A stretch of 64,000 nt of DNA from Paramoeba atlantica (Eukaryota > Protista > Discosea). The stretch is taken from contig CDRNVI010000002.1 of assembly GCA_977017575.1 (NCBI GenBank), positions 496,001 through 560,000 on the forward strand. Reading direction: 5' to 3'. Both the position numbers and the translations under genes were made by a program. This document shows, piece after piece, positions 1-11,925 of this stretch; position 1 is the stretch's first letter; each line of letters opens with the position of its first letter. The notes below the pieces were generated by a model. It made no database searches, had not been told where the DNA came from, and saw only the letters and a list, made by a program, of their open reading frames with translations.

Positions 1-160
1 GGTGCCGCAGAGTTGGGAATTTAGAGTTGGATATCCATGGTCAAAAGAGAATCCGAACTTCTAATCGATATTAGAAGCTAAGTCAGACTGCATAATTTAC
101 AAAAAGGAAAACATATGATCTACTCAGTGGGTATTAAACATATTATTATAAGAGTTTTCC
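1..160 (+). repeat. 3' end (last codons plus 3'UTR) of a CRE-like element; duplicate of 15435-15592
   Basis: Near-identical (1 mismatch) to 15435-15592, which follows an RLE domain. Confidence 0.85.
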
Positions 161-1118
161 CTGCAATGAGTTTTAGAGCACTCCTATTCGAGGTGAAAAT
201 ATCTATCACTTTTGCAGCAAACTGAGTAACGATATCTTCTTCTGCTGTTGCCGTTGGAGCGTAAACGTTGAAGATTGCTATTTTGCACGACCGCGTACGA
301 TGATGCCCTATCATTATTCGATCTGTTGCTCTCCGCACATCGGATAATGGAAATCGGCTGATCATTAGCATTCCTCCGTATCCGTTATCTGCGCTGCTGA
401 AATATAAGAACCTGGTCGAGCCTAGCATGATTGAACGGTTGACTAGTGGGGTGCTAGTGTTCAAACGAGTTTCTTGCACGCAGCAAACATCCACGCTGCG
501 TAATTCCAGCATGCGCAGTAGTAATTTTAACCTCCCACTCGAACGCAGAGAAATTTTATCGCAGCCCTGTAAATCTAACGTGGTTGTGTTGAGTGTCATT
601 ATGCATAGGTCCTTTTTCCTGGCAATAGCTGAGTTCTTTAAGTTCTCCTTGGAGCCGAGTTTGCCACGCTCAGTCTCCTTGCAAGAGAAATACCGACGTT
701 TCCTCCTTCTTACTCGATCTTTCCTCCTCCGATCTGTTGTCCGCACGCGACCACCGCTGATCACGACCCTCATATCAAGTGGAGGAAAGGGAAATTGTCG
801 TCCAGGTGTCCGATCATAACCAATCCACCATCCTCCCTGAACTCTCTTCTTAATCACGATTCCCTCCCACAACACCAGCTTCGCCGCATACGTCATATGC
901 CACACGACAGCAATGCGAGCACCGGGGGAGCAAGAAAGAGACATCTGGTAAAGTCCTCTTGCGCGAAGTTTTGCCACAGTCTCTTCACACCGAGGAGGTA
1001 GAAAAAGACTGCCCCGACCCAACCTGGCGCACTTGAGCTTCTCAACTGTAGCCGAAAAACCAAATGAACCGGAGGCCTTCGCTTCTTTCACAGTATTTTC
1101 AGATTCAGTCATGTCCAA
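120..1118 (-). pseudogene. 5' part of an APE-type LINE ORF (Tudor-like N-domain plus apurinic endonuclease), truncated near 161
   Basis: APE motifs TLNT, CVQETR, NVYAPT; collinear with the N-terminus of the LINE at 6796. Confidence 0.8.
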
Positions 1119-4100
1119 ACGTTGTTGTCTTATTATTTCATATTCTTACTTCTTCCATGGGAGTGGTCACCCGCTCTCAGTCAAAAGAAACAGGAGTAGC
1201 TCCTGAAATTTTACCTCTCGCACCTGCCCGACGCAGCAAGAAATCCGTGCCCGCCAGAACGAAACCTCCGTCGAGCGATCCGCCCCCACATAAGACACCT
1301 CCGCCAGCGACGCATTTTTCACTGCCGACGCCATCGCTCGCACCGCCACGTACACCACCGCCACGTACACCCCCGCGATTGCCAACGCCCCCGCCCTCGA
1401 TGCGTCCCTCGTTGGCACGCCACCTGCCGTCGACACCTCCGGCGCCACTACCGTCATTACCGCTGGACAAACCGATACAACCGCGAGTCGACAGCGCCCG
1501 TCAGGATTTTTCAGAATTCAATAGCCAAGAATTCAATAGCCAAGAATCGCCGACAGAAACAGCGCCCCCTCGACCGGTAACGCCGCCATCCGCGAAAAAG
1601 AATTTCAGAAAAGGTTTTCGAATGTCCTTTCACGAGCTGAAGAAACAAGTGGATGAAGCAGAAAGGAAGGCAAAGGAAAGAAAAGATCAAGAAGCGGCCG
1701 CATCGAGGCAAGAAAAAGTCAGTTCACTAATTCGGATTCGTCGTCCTGAGGGATATAAGTTCCAGTTACCGTCAGCCACCGCTGTAGTTCAGTCTTTAAA
1801 GCCCATTGCAAGCCTGATATCAAACACGCTGCCTTCTTTGTCTGCGACGCTGCCCTCACTGTCAAGTGACGAGTATTCTGGAGTATGCGTGTCACCTTCG
1901 ATTTTCCAAACAGGCGTGCAACCAGAATCGCGCTCAGCCTTACAACCAGACGCTGGCCCAGATTTCGACACGGTTCGCAGAGCCAATTCAGCAACACTAA
2001 ACACCACCGCGTCCGGAGGAGGTTCCGAATCACAAGAAACAAAACCGTGTGCAGCAAAACGCGAGGCAGATTTCAGTGAGGCAAAAACACCTGACGCGGA
2101 AGAAATTTCTGAAGGAAAGACACACGAACATTGCCCCGTATTTTCAGAAACACCGGACACACCGTTAACCCCAACTCAAACTTCGGGTATAAGTAAGGAG
2201 CCGCAAAGTACGCCGAAATCCGAACGTCCCTTCTTTGACTGCAACTCTACGTCGCGGAATTCAGAGGACAGGCAGTTCTCAAACTCAGACAGGTCGAAGG
2301 ATTCGCAGGAGCTTCCCAGTCCTCTCCAAGTGCCATATGAATTAACTTTTGAAAACATGGTAGAAGAGGCGTCGCAGATAAGGGACTCTGCGCATCATTC
2401 TTCCGACGGTCCTTCACAGCTTGAAGAACAGCTGGAAGAAAACACGGTAGAAGAGGTGTCGCAGGTACGAGACTCTGCAAATCACTCTTCCGACGGTTCT
2501 CCACAGCTTGATGAAGCGGTGTCTCAGAACCCCCGAGATACACCGATCAGGGTCCAGTTTGACATGAACGCTAAATCGACGGAAATTTGCGAAACACTAG
2601 CATCGTGCTCAAATCAGGATTTCCCCATCCTGGCAAGTGAAATCCGATCGTGGTCTGAACACATCAGAAAGGGAGCGATGTGTTCTGTCGCGTGGTCGTT
2701 TGATAGGCAAGATGAGGTCAACGTCTCATTGGGTAAAGTATCCAGCGTATACCGTAGAAAAGGAACGTGGAAGTTAAATATCAGCTACGTAGGCATCGTA
2801 GGTCATAAGGTTGGCGAAGAGTTCATCGGTACACTGCCGCCTCATGAGAATGTTAGGACGCACAGAATCATATGGCACGCTCCTGCGCCCGACTGCAAAT
2901 CCACCAATTTCAATAACCAATCTGAAGGCCAGGAAGAGAGTGTCATGATGGGACAATCAGCCGAGCAACAGAAATTGAAGTCGAAAGAAGGTTGGACATC
3001 CAAGGACCTGGATTATGATCCAATTCCGACGTCACGTGTAATAAAACCGGAAATGATGCCTGCGGTAGTTTCATCGTACAGAGAAATTATGAGCGAGTAC
3101 ACCAACAGTACGTACCCACAACGTCACAAAATCTGGCAGGGCGTTCTCTCAGCGATGAAATTCTCCTTGGCCACAATACGAGAGGTATCCAATCGTCGAC
3201 GACGTCGTCGTCCTTTTGAGACGGACACTAAGATGGATGACGGCACGCCGCGACAACCACAATCTGCAGAAAACGCTGCCGATAAACGGGCTATCAAAAA
3301 GGCAACGCGTCTCTTCATGGAAGGTTGCACAAGTAAGGCTGCGAAAGTCATGGACCAGAAATTTGTTCAAAAAACACTAACTGATGATCAAACATTGGAG
3401 AAATTGAAAGACTTACACCCACAGCATGAGTACAAATTTGATTTGCCAAGTGGCGCGCCATTGCTGACGGGATTAGACATCTCTGAGCTTCGGGCTGCGG
3501 GAACGCGGTTGGCAAAGGGAGTAAGTCCCGGTCCGACAGGCACAACCGACAGCATGGTGCGGATTCTCATCGACGACCCGATTTGCGGCACAAATCTGTG
3601 TCATATGTTAATGGATTTGATCAATGGTGTGCTATCCCAAGAGCTAATGCAGCGACTGACCCGAGCAAGACTGGTAGCGATTGAAAAGTCAGGAGGAGGA
3701 GTACGACCAGTTGCAATCGGGGAGGTTTTTATGAAGCTCGCGGGAAATGTCCTTGTTCAACGTTACGAAACCGTTCTTCAGCCCCTTTTCACTCCGATAC
3801 AACAGGGCGTGCTGTGGAAGGCTGGGTGCGAACGTATCATTCACACATTAAATGAACGCTACAGAACGGGGGCATGCATCTTATCAATAGACCTAAAAAA
3901 TGCGTTTAATTCCCCTTCAAGAGAGAACATAGCGAAACATATTTTTGGTCTTTCAACGCTCCGCCCTTTTCAACGATTCTTTCATGCAGAATATGCGGAA
4001 CCCTCCGAATTATTGTTTTACGGGACAACTACCAATGGGCTGGCTGGGATTGTCAAAAGCACTAATGGAGTCAGACAAGGTTCAACGCTTTCCACTATAT

Positions 4101-4243
4101 ATTTTTGCGCCTTTCTGCAGCCGATACTAGAGACCCTTGCCGGGGAGTTTCCGGAAGTCAACGTCCACGCTTACGTCGACGACGTTAATCTTGTATTAAA
4201 TGACGCAGTTCATTTTTTTTCATTCAGACCTTTGTTTTTTTAG
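1064..4243 (+). mobile_element. CRE-like (family A) non-LTR retrotransposon ORF, 3'-truncated just after the RT YVDD; likely start ATG 1157
   Basis: MGVVTRSQSKETG start, Pro-rich region, LHPQ, GGVRPVAIGE, SIDLKNAFN, GVRQGSTLS, AYVDDV; runs into the satellite. Confidence 0.9.
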
Positions 4244-4443
4244 AAGACCTTTGTTTTTTTGAAGACCTTTGTTTTTTTGAAGACCTTTGTTTTTTTGAAG
4301 ACCTTTGTTTTTTTGAAGACCTTTGTTTTTTTGAAGACCTTTGTTTTTTTGAAGACCTTTGTTTTTTTGAAGACCTTTGTTTTTTTGAAGACCTTTGTTT
4401 TTTTGAAGACCTTTGTTTTTTTGAAGACCTTTGTTTTTTTTGA
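4226..4443 (+). repeat. 18-nt tandem array (GAAGACCTTTGTTTTTTT)n, about 12 units
   Basis: Directly visible. Confidence 0.97.
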
Positions 4444-4444
4444 A

Positions 4445-4897
4445 GGAAATCCACACCGAGGGGCCGCACAGGACATAAAAGAAAATAACTATAAAGATGA
4501 AATAATAATTTATTTTCACATGAGTTCACCTATTCATATCATATACATGAAAAGCAAATTGAAACGTATGTAGCTTCTACATCATCTTGACAAAATAGGC
4601 CTTTCAAAACAAACAATACAAATTTATAATATATCACTATGTTAGCGGGTTGCACCCGCCAAACCCGGCGGCTATAGGATGGGGGTTTGGTGGGTGGGAC
4701 AAAAAACGCGTAAAGGAAAAAGATTCTACAAGTAAGTAATCAGTAAATATGTAAATTTTCAGAATACATATTGTAGCTTTTATACATGATTCAATTACAA
4801 CCCCCTTTCGGGGAAAAGAACAATGAAAATTATAACCCCCTTCCGGGGCATTTGACCCGATATTAGCCCCTCGGTTAAATTTCCATGCGTAGACTTC
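4445..4897. repeat. About 450-bp dispersed repeat, diverged relative of 10679-11113
   Basis: Shared GAAATCCACxCCGAGGGG start, TTGGTGGGTGGG motif and GCCCCTCGGxTAAATTTC end. Confidence 0.7.
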
Positions 4898-4899
4898 TA

Positions 4900-6782
4900 A
4901 TCTTTGTTTTTTTGAAGACCTTTGGTTTTTTGAAGACCTTTGTTTTTTTGAAGACCTTTGTTTTTTTGAAGACCTTTGTTTTTTTGAAGACCTTTGTTTT
5001 TTTGAAGACCTTTGTTTTTTTGAAGACCTTTGTTTTTTTGAAGACCTTTGTTTTTTTGAAGACCTTTGTTTTTTTGAAGACCTATGTTTTTTTGAAGACC
5101 TTTGTTTTTTTGAAGACCTTTGTTTTTTTGAAGACCCTTGTTTTTTTGAAGACCTTTGTTTTTTTGAAGACCTTTGTTTTTTTGAAGACCTTTGTTTTTT
5201 TTGAAGACCTTTGTTTTTTTGAAGACCTTTGTTTTTTTGAAGACCTTTGTTTTTTTGAAGACCTTTGTTTTTTTGAAGACCTTTGTTTTTTTGAAGACCT
5301 TTGTTTTTTTGAAGACCTATGTTTTTTTGAAGACCTTTGTTTTTTTGAAGACCTTTGTTTTTTTGAAGACCTTTGTTTTTTTGAAGACCTTTGTTTTTTT
5401 GAAGACCTTTGTTTTTTTGAAGACCTTTGTTTTTTTGAAGACCTTTGTTTTTTTGAAGACCTTTGTTTTTTTGAAGACCTATGTTTTTTTGAAGACCTTT
5501 GTTTTTTTGAAGACCTTTGTTTTTTTGAAGACCTTTGTTTTTTTGAAGACCTTTGTTTTTTTGAAGACCTATGTTTTTTTGAAGACCTTTGTTTTTTTGA
5601 AGACCTTTGTTTTTTTGAAGACCCTTGTTTTTTTGAAGACCTTTGTTTTTTTGAAGACCTTTGTTTTTTTGAAGACCTTTGTTTTTTTTGAAGACCTTTG
5701 TTTTTTTGAAGACCTTTGTTTTTTTGAAGACCTTTGTTTTTTTGAAGACCTTTGTTTTTTTGAAGACCTTTGTTTTTTTGAAGACCTTTGTTTTTTTGAA
5801 GACCTATGTTTTTTTGAAGACCTTTGTTTTTTTGAAGACCTTTGTTTTTTTGAAGACCTTTGTTTTTTTGAAGACCTTTGTTTTTTTGAAGACCTTTGTT
5901 TTTTTGAAGACCTTTGTTTTTTTGAAGACCTTTGTTTTTTTGAAGACCTTTGTTTTTTTGAAGACCTATGTTTTTTTGAAGACCTTTGTTTTTTTGAAGA
6001 CCTTTGTTTTTTTGAAGACCTTTGTTTTTTTGAAGACCTTTGTTTTTTTGAAGACCTTTGTTTTTTTGAAGACCTTTGTTTTTTTGAAGACCTTTGTTTT
6101 TTTTGAAGACCTTTGTTTTTTTGAAGACCTTTGTTTTTTTGAAGACCTTTGTTTTTTTGAAGACCTTTGTTTTTTTGAAGACCTTTGTTTTTTTGAAGAC
6201 CTTTGTTTTTTTGAAGACCTTTGTTTTTTTGAAGACCTTTGTTTTTTTGAAGACCTTTGTTTTTTTTGAAGACCTTTGTTTTTTTGAAGACCTTTGTTTT
6301 TTTTGAAGACCTTTGTTTTTTTGAAGACCTTTGTTTTTTTGAAGACCTTTGTTTTTTTGAAGACCTTTGTTTTTTTGAAGACCTTTGTTTTTTTGAAGAC
6401 CTTTGTTTTTTTGAAGACCTTTGTTTTTTTGAAGACCTTTGTTTTTTTGAAGACCTTTGTTTTTTTGAAGACCTTTGTTTTTTTTTGAAGACCTTTGTTT
6501 TTTTGAAGACCTTTGTTTTTTTGAAGACCTTTGTTTTTTTGAAGACCTTTGTTTTTTTTGAAGACCTTTGTTTTTTTGAAGACCTTTGTTTTTTTGAAGA
6601 CCTTTGTTTTTTTGAAGACCTTTGTTTTTTTGAAGACCTTTGTTTTTTTTTTGAAGACCTTTGTTTTTTTGAAGACCTTTGTTTTTTTGAAGACCTTTGT
6701 TTTTTTGAAGACCTTTGTTTTTTTGAAGACCTTTGTTTTTTTGAAGACCTTTGTTTTTTTGAAGACCTTTGTTTTTTTGAAT
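4900..6782 (+). repeat. 18-nt satellite (GAAGACCTTTGTTTTTTT)n, about 100 units, with a 487-bp higher-order duplication
   Basis: Variant units recur at +487 (5081/5568, 5135/5622, 5316/5803, 5478/5965). Confidence 0.97.
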
Positions 6783-7395
6783 ATTCTTCAAAATTATGGC
6801 GAAGGCGTCCGGGCCTTGCGAGAAGAGTATAGTGAATCTTCTAGTACGGTCCACGTTAGGTCGGGGTGTCCTTTTTGAACCAACTTTAGATTTTGATGGA
6901 CATGCTAAACTTCGCCTGCGTACTGTGATGAGAATATGTAAAATTCTTCGTCCTGGCGACTGCATCGCGCTGTGCTGGCGATATGCGGGGGCTGCGGAGT
7001 ATCGGATTTGGAGGGGGGATGTCACACAGAGAGGTTATGGGTCTCTCTTTCAGCTAGGTCGCTGGCGGGTGAAATACTACCGGCGATCGGAAACGCTTCC
7101 TTTCCCCCCGTATGACCCACGTATAGTGCTGTGTGGGGTGCGAATTCGGAAACCTCGACGTTCGAATACCCGAAAGAAAGTACGTAAAAATAGGGCACTG
7201 TGTGGCAAGCATGCTCTTCGCGACAACGACCCTGAAGGGTCTGCTGTGAGGAAGTATTTATCTATAGGAACTCTTAACACGACTTCGTTGAAACTTAAGG
7301 GCGACGACGTTTTCAGACTGAAAGCATCCTCCCGATTACATGAAACATTGCGATATATGGCTCAGAAAGATTTGAATGTTCTGGCTTTACAGGAA

Positions 7396-7833
7396 AGAAT
7401 TGCTCTCCGGGAAAGAAACATTAATTTCACAAGTACATACTACTCGAGTCCTAATATTAATCTGCTATTGAAATATCTCAAAATATTTTAACATACATGT
7501 ATTTCTCATTATCTTTTAAACCTACTATCCATCTGTATGCTGAATTTCCAATATGATGCATCTTTCATTATTTGTACGCAAAATAATCAAATATTTTATA
7601 CCTATCCTTTTCACCTCCCAGAGAGATATACATCCCTCCCTATCGCGAACGGGTGTCCACGCGGGGACCACCATACAAAAAGTTTTGTATGGAGAAAAAA
7701 CACTTCTTCAAATAAAGGCGATAATCGTATGGACTAAACTGCAAATTCAATCATTCTAAATACAAGCGTACAATGCCCGCCGGCCATTTATCGGCGTATA
7801 AATCCCTTCGAACAATTCTATTCGTAAACTTCT
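7396..7833. other. 438-bp AT-rich insertion splitting the APE QE|TR motif
   Basis: Removing it restores CAG GAA ACA AGA (QETR) in frame with the 7873 ORF; no clear TSD. Confidence 0.7.
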
Positions 7834-7872
7834 ACAAGATTCTCTTTTACTTCTAGCGGTGGGTCTGACATT

Positions 7873-10704
7873 TTGCGCAGGCAACTACGGTACGGAGATA
7901 AACACTTTTTCATCTACCTTTTGTCGGCGGTGAATGGGTACAACGGTATGGGGTTTATCTCTCAGCATCCGTTTTTGAAGGTTTGGAAGGTGAGTGACAG
8001 GATCATGGGGGCCGAGTTTACTATAGAAGGGGGGTCGGCCTTTATCATGAATGTATATGGGCCGACGCGCGATTCTTCACAAGATGCAATGGAAGAGTTT
8101 GACATTTCTCTCACCACTGCGTTTCATGACGCAGTTGGTAAATATTCACGACGGCCAGCTCTTCTCCTTGGAGATTTGAATGCACCGCTCACTTTTAAAA
8201 ATAAGACAGAAGAGGACGCGCTATCAATGGAAAGATTAGAAGGCCTTTTAGAAGGAATAAATTGTAAATCGGGGCACATCTTATGCCCAAGCCGCCGTAA
8301 ATATACATGTATACTGCCGAACGATGCTAAGCGACAGCTCGATCACATTGCAGTGTGTTCGCGCTTTGCGTCTGCCCTACATAAACATCAAGTTTTTGGC
8401 GCACCAACACCAACTGTACACTTTCTGGTGAGAGCCGAGATCAAGATCAAATGGAAAGTTTCCACAAATACCCACAGAAATAAGATTCCCTGGCTTCAAC
8501 TTTCTAACCCAGAACATAGTGAAAAATTTAACAAACGAATCTGCGATTATGTCAAAGGCGAACTGCACAACAAGGATTTCCCTTCCTGGGATCTTCTTGC
8601 CTCTTGCCTTCGATCGTCTGGCAGGGAAATTCCGAAACCACAAAACAAAATATCTCTTGAAATCGATTCGCCAATGGAAACGCTCGAAGGAACCGAAACT
8701 GGTTATTTGCGCAGAATCTTTGAGCTAAGCAGAAAACACAAGGACTTCAATGAATTGGTTTTACAAACACAGGTGCCAATAGAGGAAGCAATAGCCAAAT
8801 CATGTGATGTCCTGGAAACTAAACTAAGGAAGAATCATGCCAGCCTATGGAGAGCTCTGAAAGAAATATGTGGAGTTCATCGCGCCGATTTTAAGATTTC
8901 AGGGACCTGTAATAAACAAAAGCTGGCGGAAATCAAATCATTCTTCGAAGCCTTTGCGGGAGACGCCGGGGGGGACACGAATATAAAATTTCCTGAGGCC
9001 AAACCATCCCCTAACACGATTAACGACTCCACTTTTACGGAAGATGAGCTTCAAATTGGTATCTCACACTTTGGTAGAGGAAAATCGCCAGGAAAAGACG
9101 AAATCCCAATGGAAGCCTTGAAATGTATAGCTGGTAACGAGTTACTTCGAGATTGGCTGCTATGTGTCATAAACAGAGTTCACGATACCGGGATGGCTCC
9201 GGATGTTTGGGGTGATGTCTTACAAGTTCCTATACCAAAGAAGGGTGATTTGAGTCTTCTTAAGAACTGGCGACCTATTTGCTTAGTGAATTGCATCGTC
9301 AAACTAATGAACAGTTTAATCTTGCAACGAATGAGACCTTATGTGGAGCCCGTGCTTCGCGAGAATCAATATGGGTTTCGACCAGATCGCTCAACAACTC
9401 AAGCCCAGGCGATTCTCAACGAAGCAAGAGTTAAAGCTTTGCGGGAAAATGGGCTCAACATTGGTTTCGTGGATTTTGCAAAGGCTTTTCCATCTGTTTC
9501 GTTTGATGCTATCAGGGCATCTCTGGTAGCATTCCACATTGGCCCCAAGTTAGTAGAAATGATTATGTCGGTCTATCGCAATATGAGAGGCGTCGTTCGT
9601 ACACCGTATGGGCTAACGGAAGCTTTCCCCATCACGACAGGAATTCTACAGGGCGACGTTCTCGCACCGTACCTCTTTGTTATGGTCCTGGATCGAATAT
9701 TATTTAAGGCAATAGATTCAAAACCCCACGGCATCTTATTATCATCCAAGGGTACGAGGAGCAGAGGGTTACGGGAAACGCGGCTCACTGATCTGAATTA
9801 TGCTGACGATTTGCTCCTATTTGGGAGCGACAAGGAAGACTTGCAAAGCATGATGGAAGATACAGCAGAGCAAGCCCTTGCTGCGAATTTAAATATTGCT
9901 GTGGGGCCCACCAAAACCGCCTGGATGAGCATAGGAAAAAATAACAACATCGAAGAAATAATATCCGATACATTGGGAAAGGTTCCACACGTCGAGAGTT
10001 ACCGTTACCTAGGGCACCTTTTTCATGAACAGGACCCCAAGGCGTGCATTAGGGACAGGGTGCGGCTTACCTGGGCAAGCTTCTCAAATTTTCAAGGAAT
10101 ATGGATATCACCACTATCTGTGAAAACTAAACTTCGCCTTTTCGATACACTGGTTTACCCCGTTCTGAACTATAACTCAGGTACTCTTGTATTGACGGAT
10201 AAAACGTTAAATTGGGTAGACATTCAGGTAAACAAAATGCGTCGCATCATATGTCGTTGCCCAAAATTGGACCACCGTGGGAAAAGTATACCTCTTACAG
10301 CCCTTTACGTTGACACACCGTTATTCTCCACACTACATAAGGTAAACCGGGCACGACTTCTAGGGCACCTGATAAGACATTCGGAGATATATTCCGAGCT
10401 TGTGCAGTGGAACGTTAAAGAAAAAAGCAGGATTCATTCTCCTTCTGAAGCCTGCATGGGCGATATGGGGATCATGATTGAACAAGCATTGGTCTATGCA
10501 GGGGATCGAAAATATTGGCAGACCCAAGTTGAGAATCTGCAAGCTAGCCTTGGGCGCAAGAAAACATACGTGAGCTATCGGGGAAAAGGTTGGCATAAGG
10601 TTACCTCAACAGCACTTCGGGATACCAATTTATCGGATCTTCAGTATGCGGAGGAAGGCACCACGCCATTTATAATCGAAATCCACGCCGAGGGGGCTCC
10701 ATGA
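7873..10704 (+). CDS. LINE ORF: APE C-terminal part plus reverse transcriptase (frame open from 7834)
   Basis: 943-aa ORF with APE and RT motifs. Confidence 0.92.
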   Translation: MRRQLRYGDKHFFIYLLSAVNGYNGMGFISQHPFLKVWKVSDRIMGAEFTIEGGSAFIMNVYGPTRDSSQDAMEEFDISLTTAFHDAVGKYSRRPALLLGDLNAPLTFKNKTEEDALSMERLEGLLEGINCKSGHILCPSRRKYTCILPNDAKRQLDHIAVCSRFASALHKHQVFGAPTPTVHFLVRAEIKIKWKVSTNTHRNKIPWLQLSNPEHSEKFNKRICDYVKGELHNKDFPSWDLLASCLRSSGREIPKPQNKISLEIDSPMETLEGTETGYLRRIFELSRKHKDFNELVLQTQVPIEEAIAKSCDVLETKLRKNHASLWRALKEICGVHRADFKISGTCNKQKLAEIKSFFEAFAGDAGGDTNIKFPEAKPSPNTINDSTFTEDELQIGISHFGRGKSPGKDEIPMEALKCIAGNELLRDWLLCVINRVHDTGMAPDVWGDVLQVPIPKKGDLSLLKNWRPICLVNCIVKLMNSLILQRMRPYVEPVLRENQYGFRPDRSTTQAQAILNEARVKALRENGLNIGFVDFAKAFPSVSFDAIRASLVAFHIGPKLVEMIMSVYRNMRGVVRTPYGLTEAFPITTGILQGDVLAPYLFVMVLDRILFKAIDSKPHGILLSSKGTRSRGLRETRLTDLNYADDLLLFGSDKEDLQSMMEDTAEQALAANLNIAVGPTKTAWMSIGKNNNIEEIISDTLGKVPHVESYRYLGHLFHEQDPKACIRDRVRLTWASFSNFQGIWISPLSVKTKLRLFDTLVYPVLNYNSGTLVLTDKTLNWVDIQVNKMRRIICRCPKLDHRGKSIPLTALYVDTPLFSTLHKVNRARLLGHLIRHSEIYSELVQWNVKEKSRIHSPSEACMGDMGIMIEQALVYAGDRKYWQTQVENLQASLGRKKTYVSYRGKGWHKVTSTALRDTNLSDLQYAEEGTTPFIIEIHAEGAP

Positions 10705-11925
10705 AACTTATAAGTGACAAACAAATATAAGTAAATACATATGACTAATATAATCACACTTCCAAATCGTCCCAAAATCAAAGAACACATAATACGATAT
10801 ATAGATAGAATTCACATGCACAAACATAGTTCAAAAGAAAGCCTGCATAGAACCAATAATAATGTGTCACGTTGTTAACGGGGTTCCCCCCCACCGGAAC
10901 CCTCGGCCAAATGGCTGGGGGCTTGGTGGGTGGGCACAAAAACTTAAAGTGAAGTAAAATAACAACCTAACAAGGATATATAAGATAATAGTAAATACCC
11001 ATCCCATGTAAAATTCTGAATACAAATCATAATTCGAAGAAACTATGTGCCCCGAAGGGCCAGCAGGCAAATATATAACAGCCCCTCGGCTAAATTTCAA
11101 AACGTGGACTATTAGAAATCCACGCCGAGGGGGCTCCATGAAACTTATAAGTAACAAACAAATATAAGTAAATACATATGACTAATATAATCACACTTCC
11201 AAATCGTCCCAAAATCAAAGAACACATAATACGATATATAGATAGAATTCACATGCACAAACATAGTTCAAAAGAAAGCCTGCATAGAACCAATAATAAT
11301 GTGTCACGTTGTTAACGGGGTTCCCCCCCACCGGAACCCTCGGCCAACCTGCCCACACACACGTCACACAATCAAAATAAAATAACAAAGAAATGCCCAA
11401 TCACATAGTAAAATAATTTTTCATATACCATCCCAGAACTCACAAAAGGATAACGATAGCAATAGATGACCAGTCCACTGCCACGCCCTTTACAAGCTCA
11501 CACGAGCTACGCAGGTTACGCTTTTAACCCCTGCCCTAGACCAACTTGTGTACCTAGAAGTGTGGAGCAACTAGGCGTGATGCGTAGGGCCGTGTCAACA
11601 GTGACGCGGCTAAAAAACATTAAGGCGCTAACCGCAGAGCAAAGGAAACCTTTACTCATCTCTACCTCACATTGGGGAACCTTGCTTCCGAAAAAACAAG
11701 GCGTGAGAATAAAGACCTGTTAACCGATTAACATCCATAACCTTCCAAAAACTTAAAGTGAAGTAAAATAACAACCTAACAAGGATATATAAGATAATAG
11801 TAAATACCCATCCCATGTAAAATTCTGAATACAAATCATAATTCGAAGAAACTATGTGCCCCGAAGGGCCAGCAGGCAAATATATAACAGCCCCTCGGCT
11901 AAATTTCAAAACGTGGACTATTAGA
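10679..11925. repeat. Cluster of dispersed-repeat copies between RT and RNase H (10679-10905 matches 11118-11347; about 10938-11113 matches 11748-11923)
   Basis: Near-identical direct repeats visible. Confidence 0.85.

Noticed and set aside
4900-6782. CRISPR array or telomere
   Set aside because: No unique spacers and no cas genes; internal position, unit varies between arrays, no TTAGGG
6783-6900. HDV-like ribozyme (Pr77-type) at the LINE 5' end; hammerhead cores
   Set aside because: No nested pseudoknot pattern seen by eye; CTGATGA hits lie in coding sequence without a matching GAAA core. A covariance-model search would be needed to exclude them fully
4220-7025. Long ORFs such as (FLKTFV)n, (QKNKGL)n and (KKQRSS)n
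   Set aside because: By-products of an 18-nt unit with a stop in only one of six frames; frames switch with T-run length
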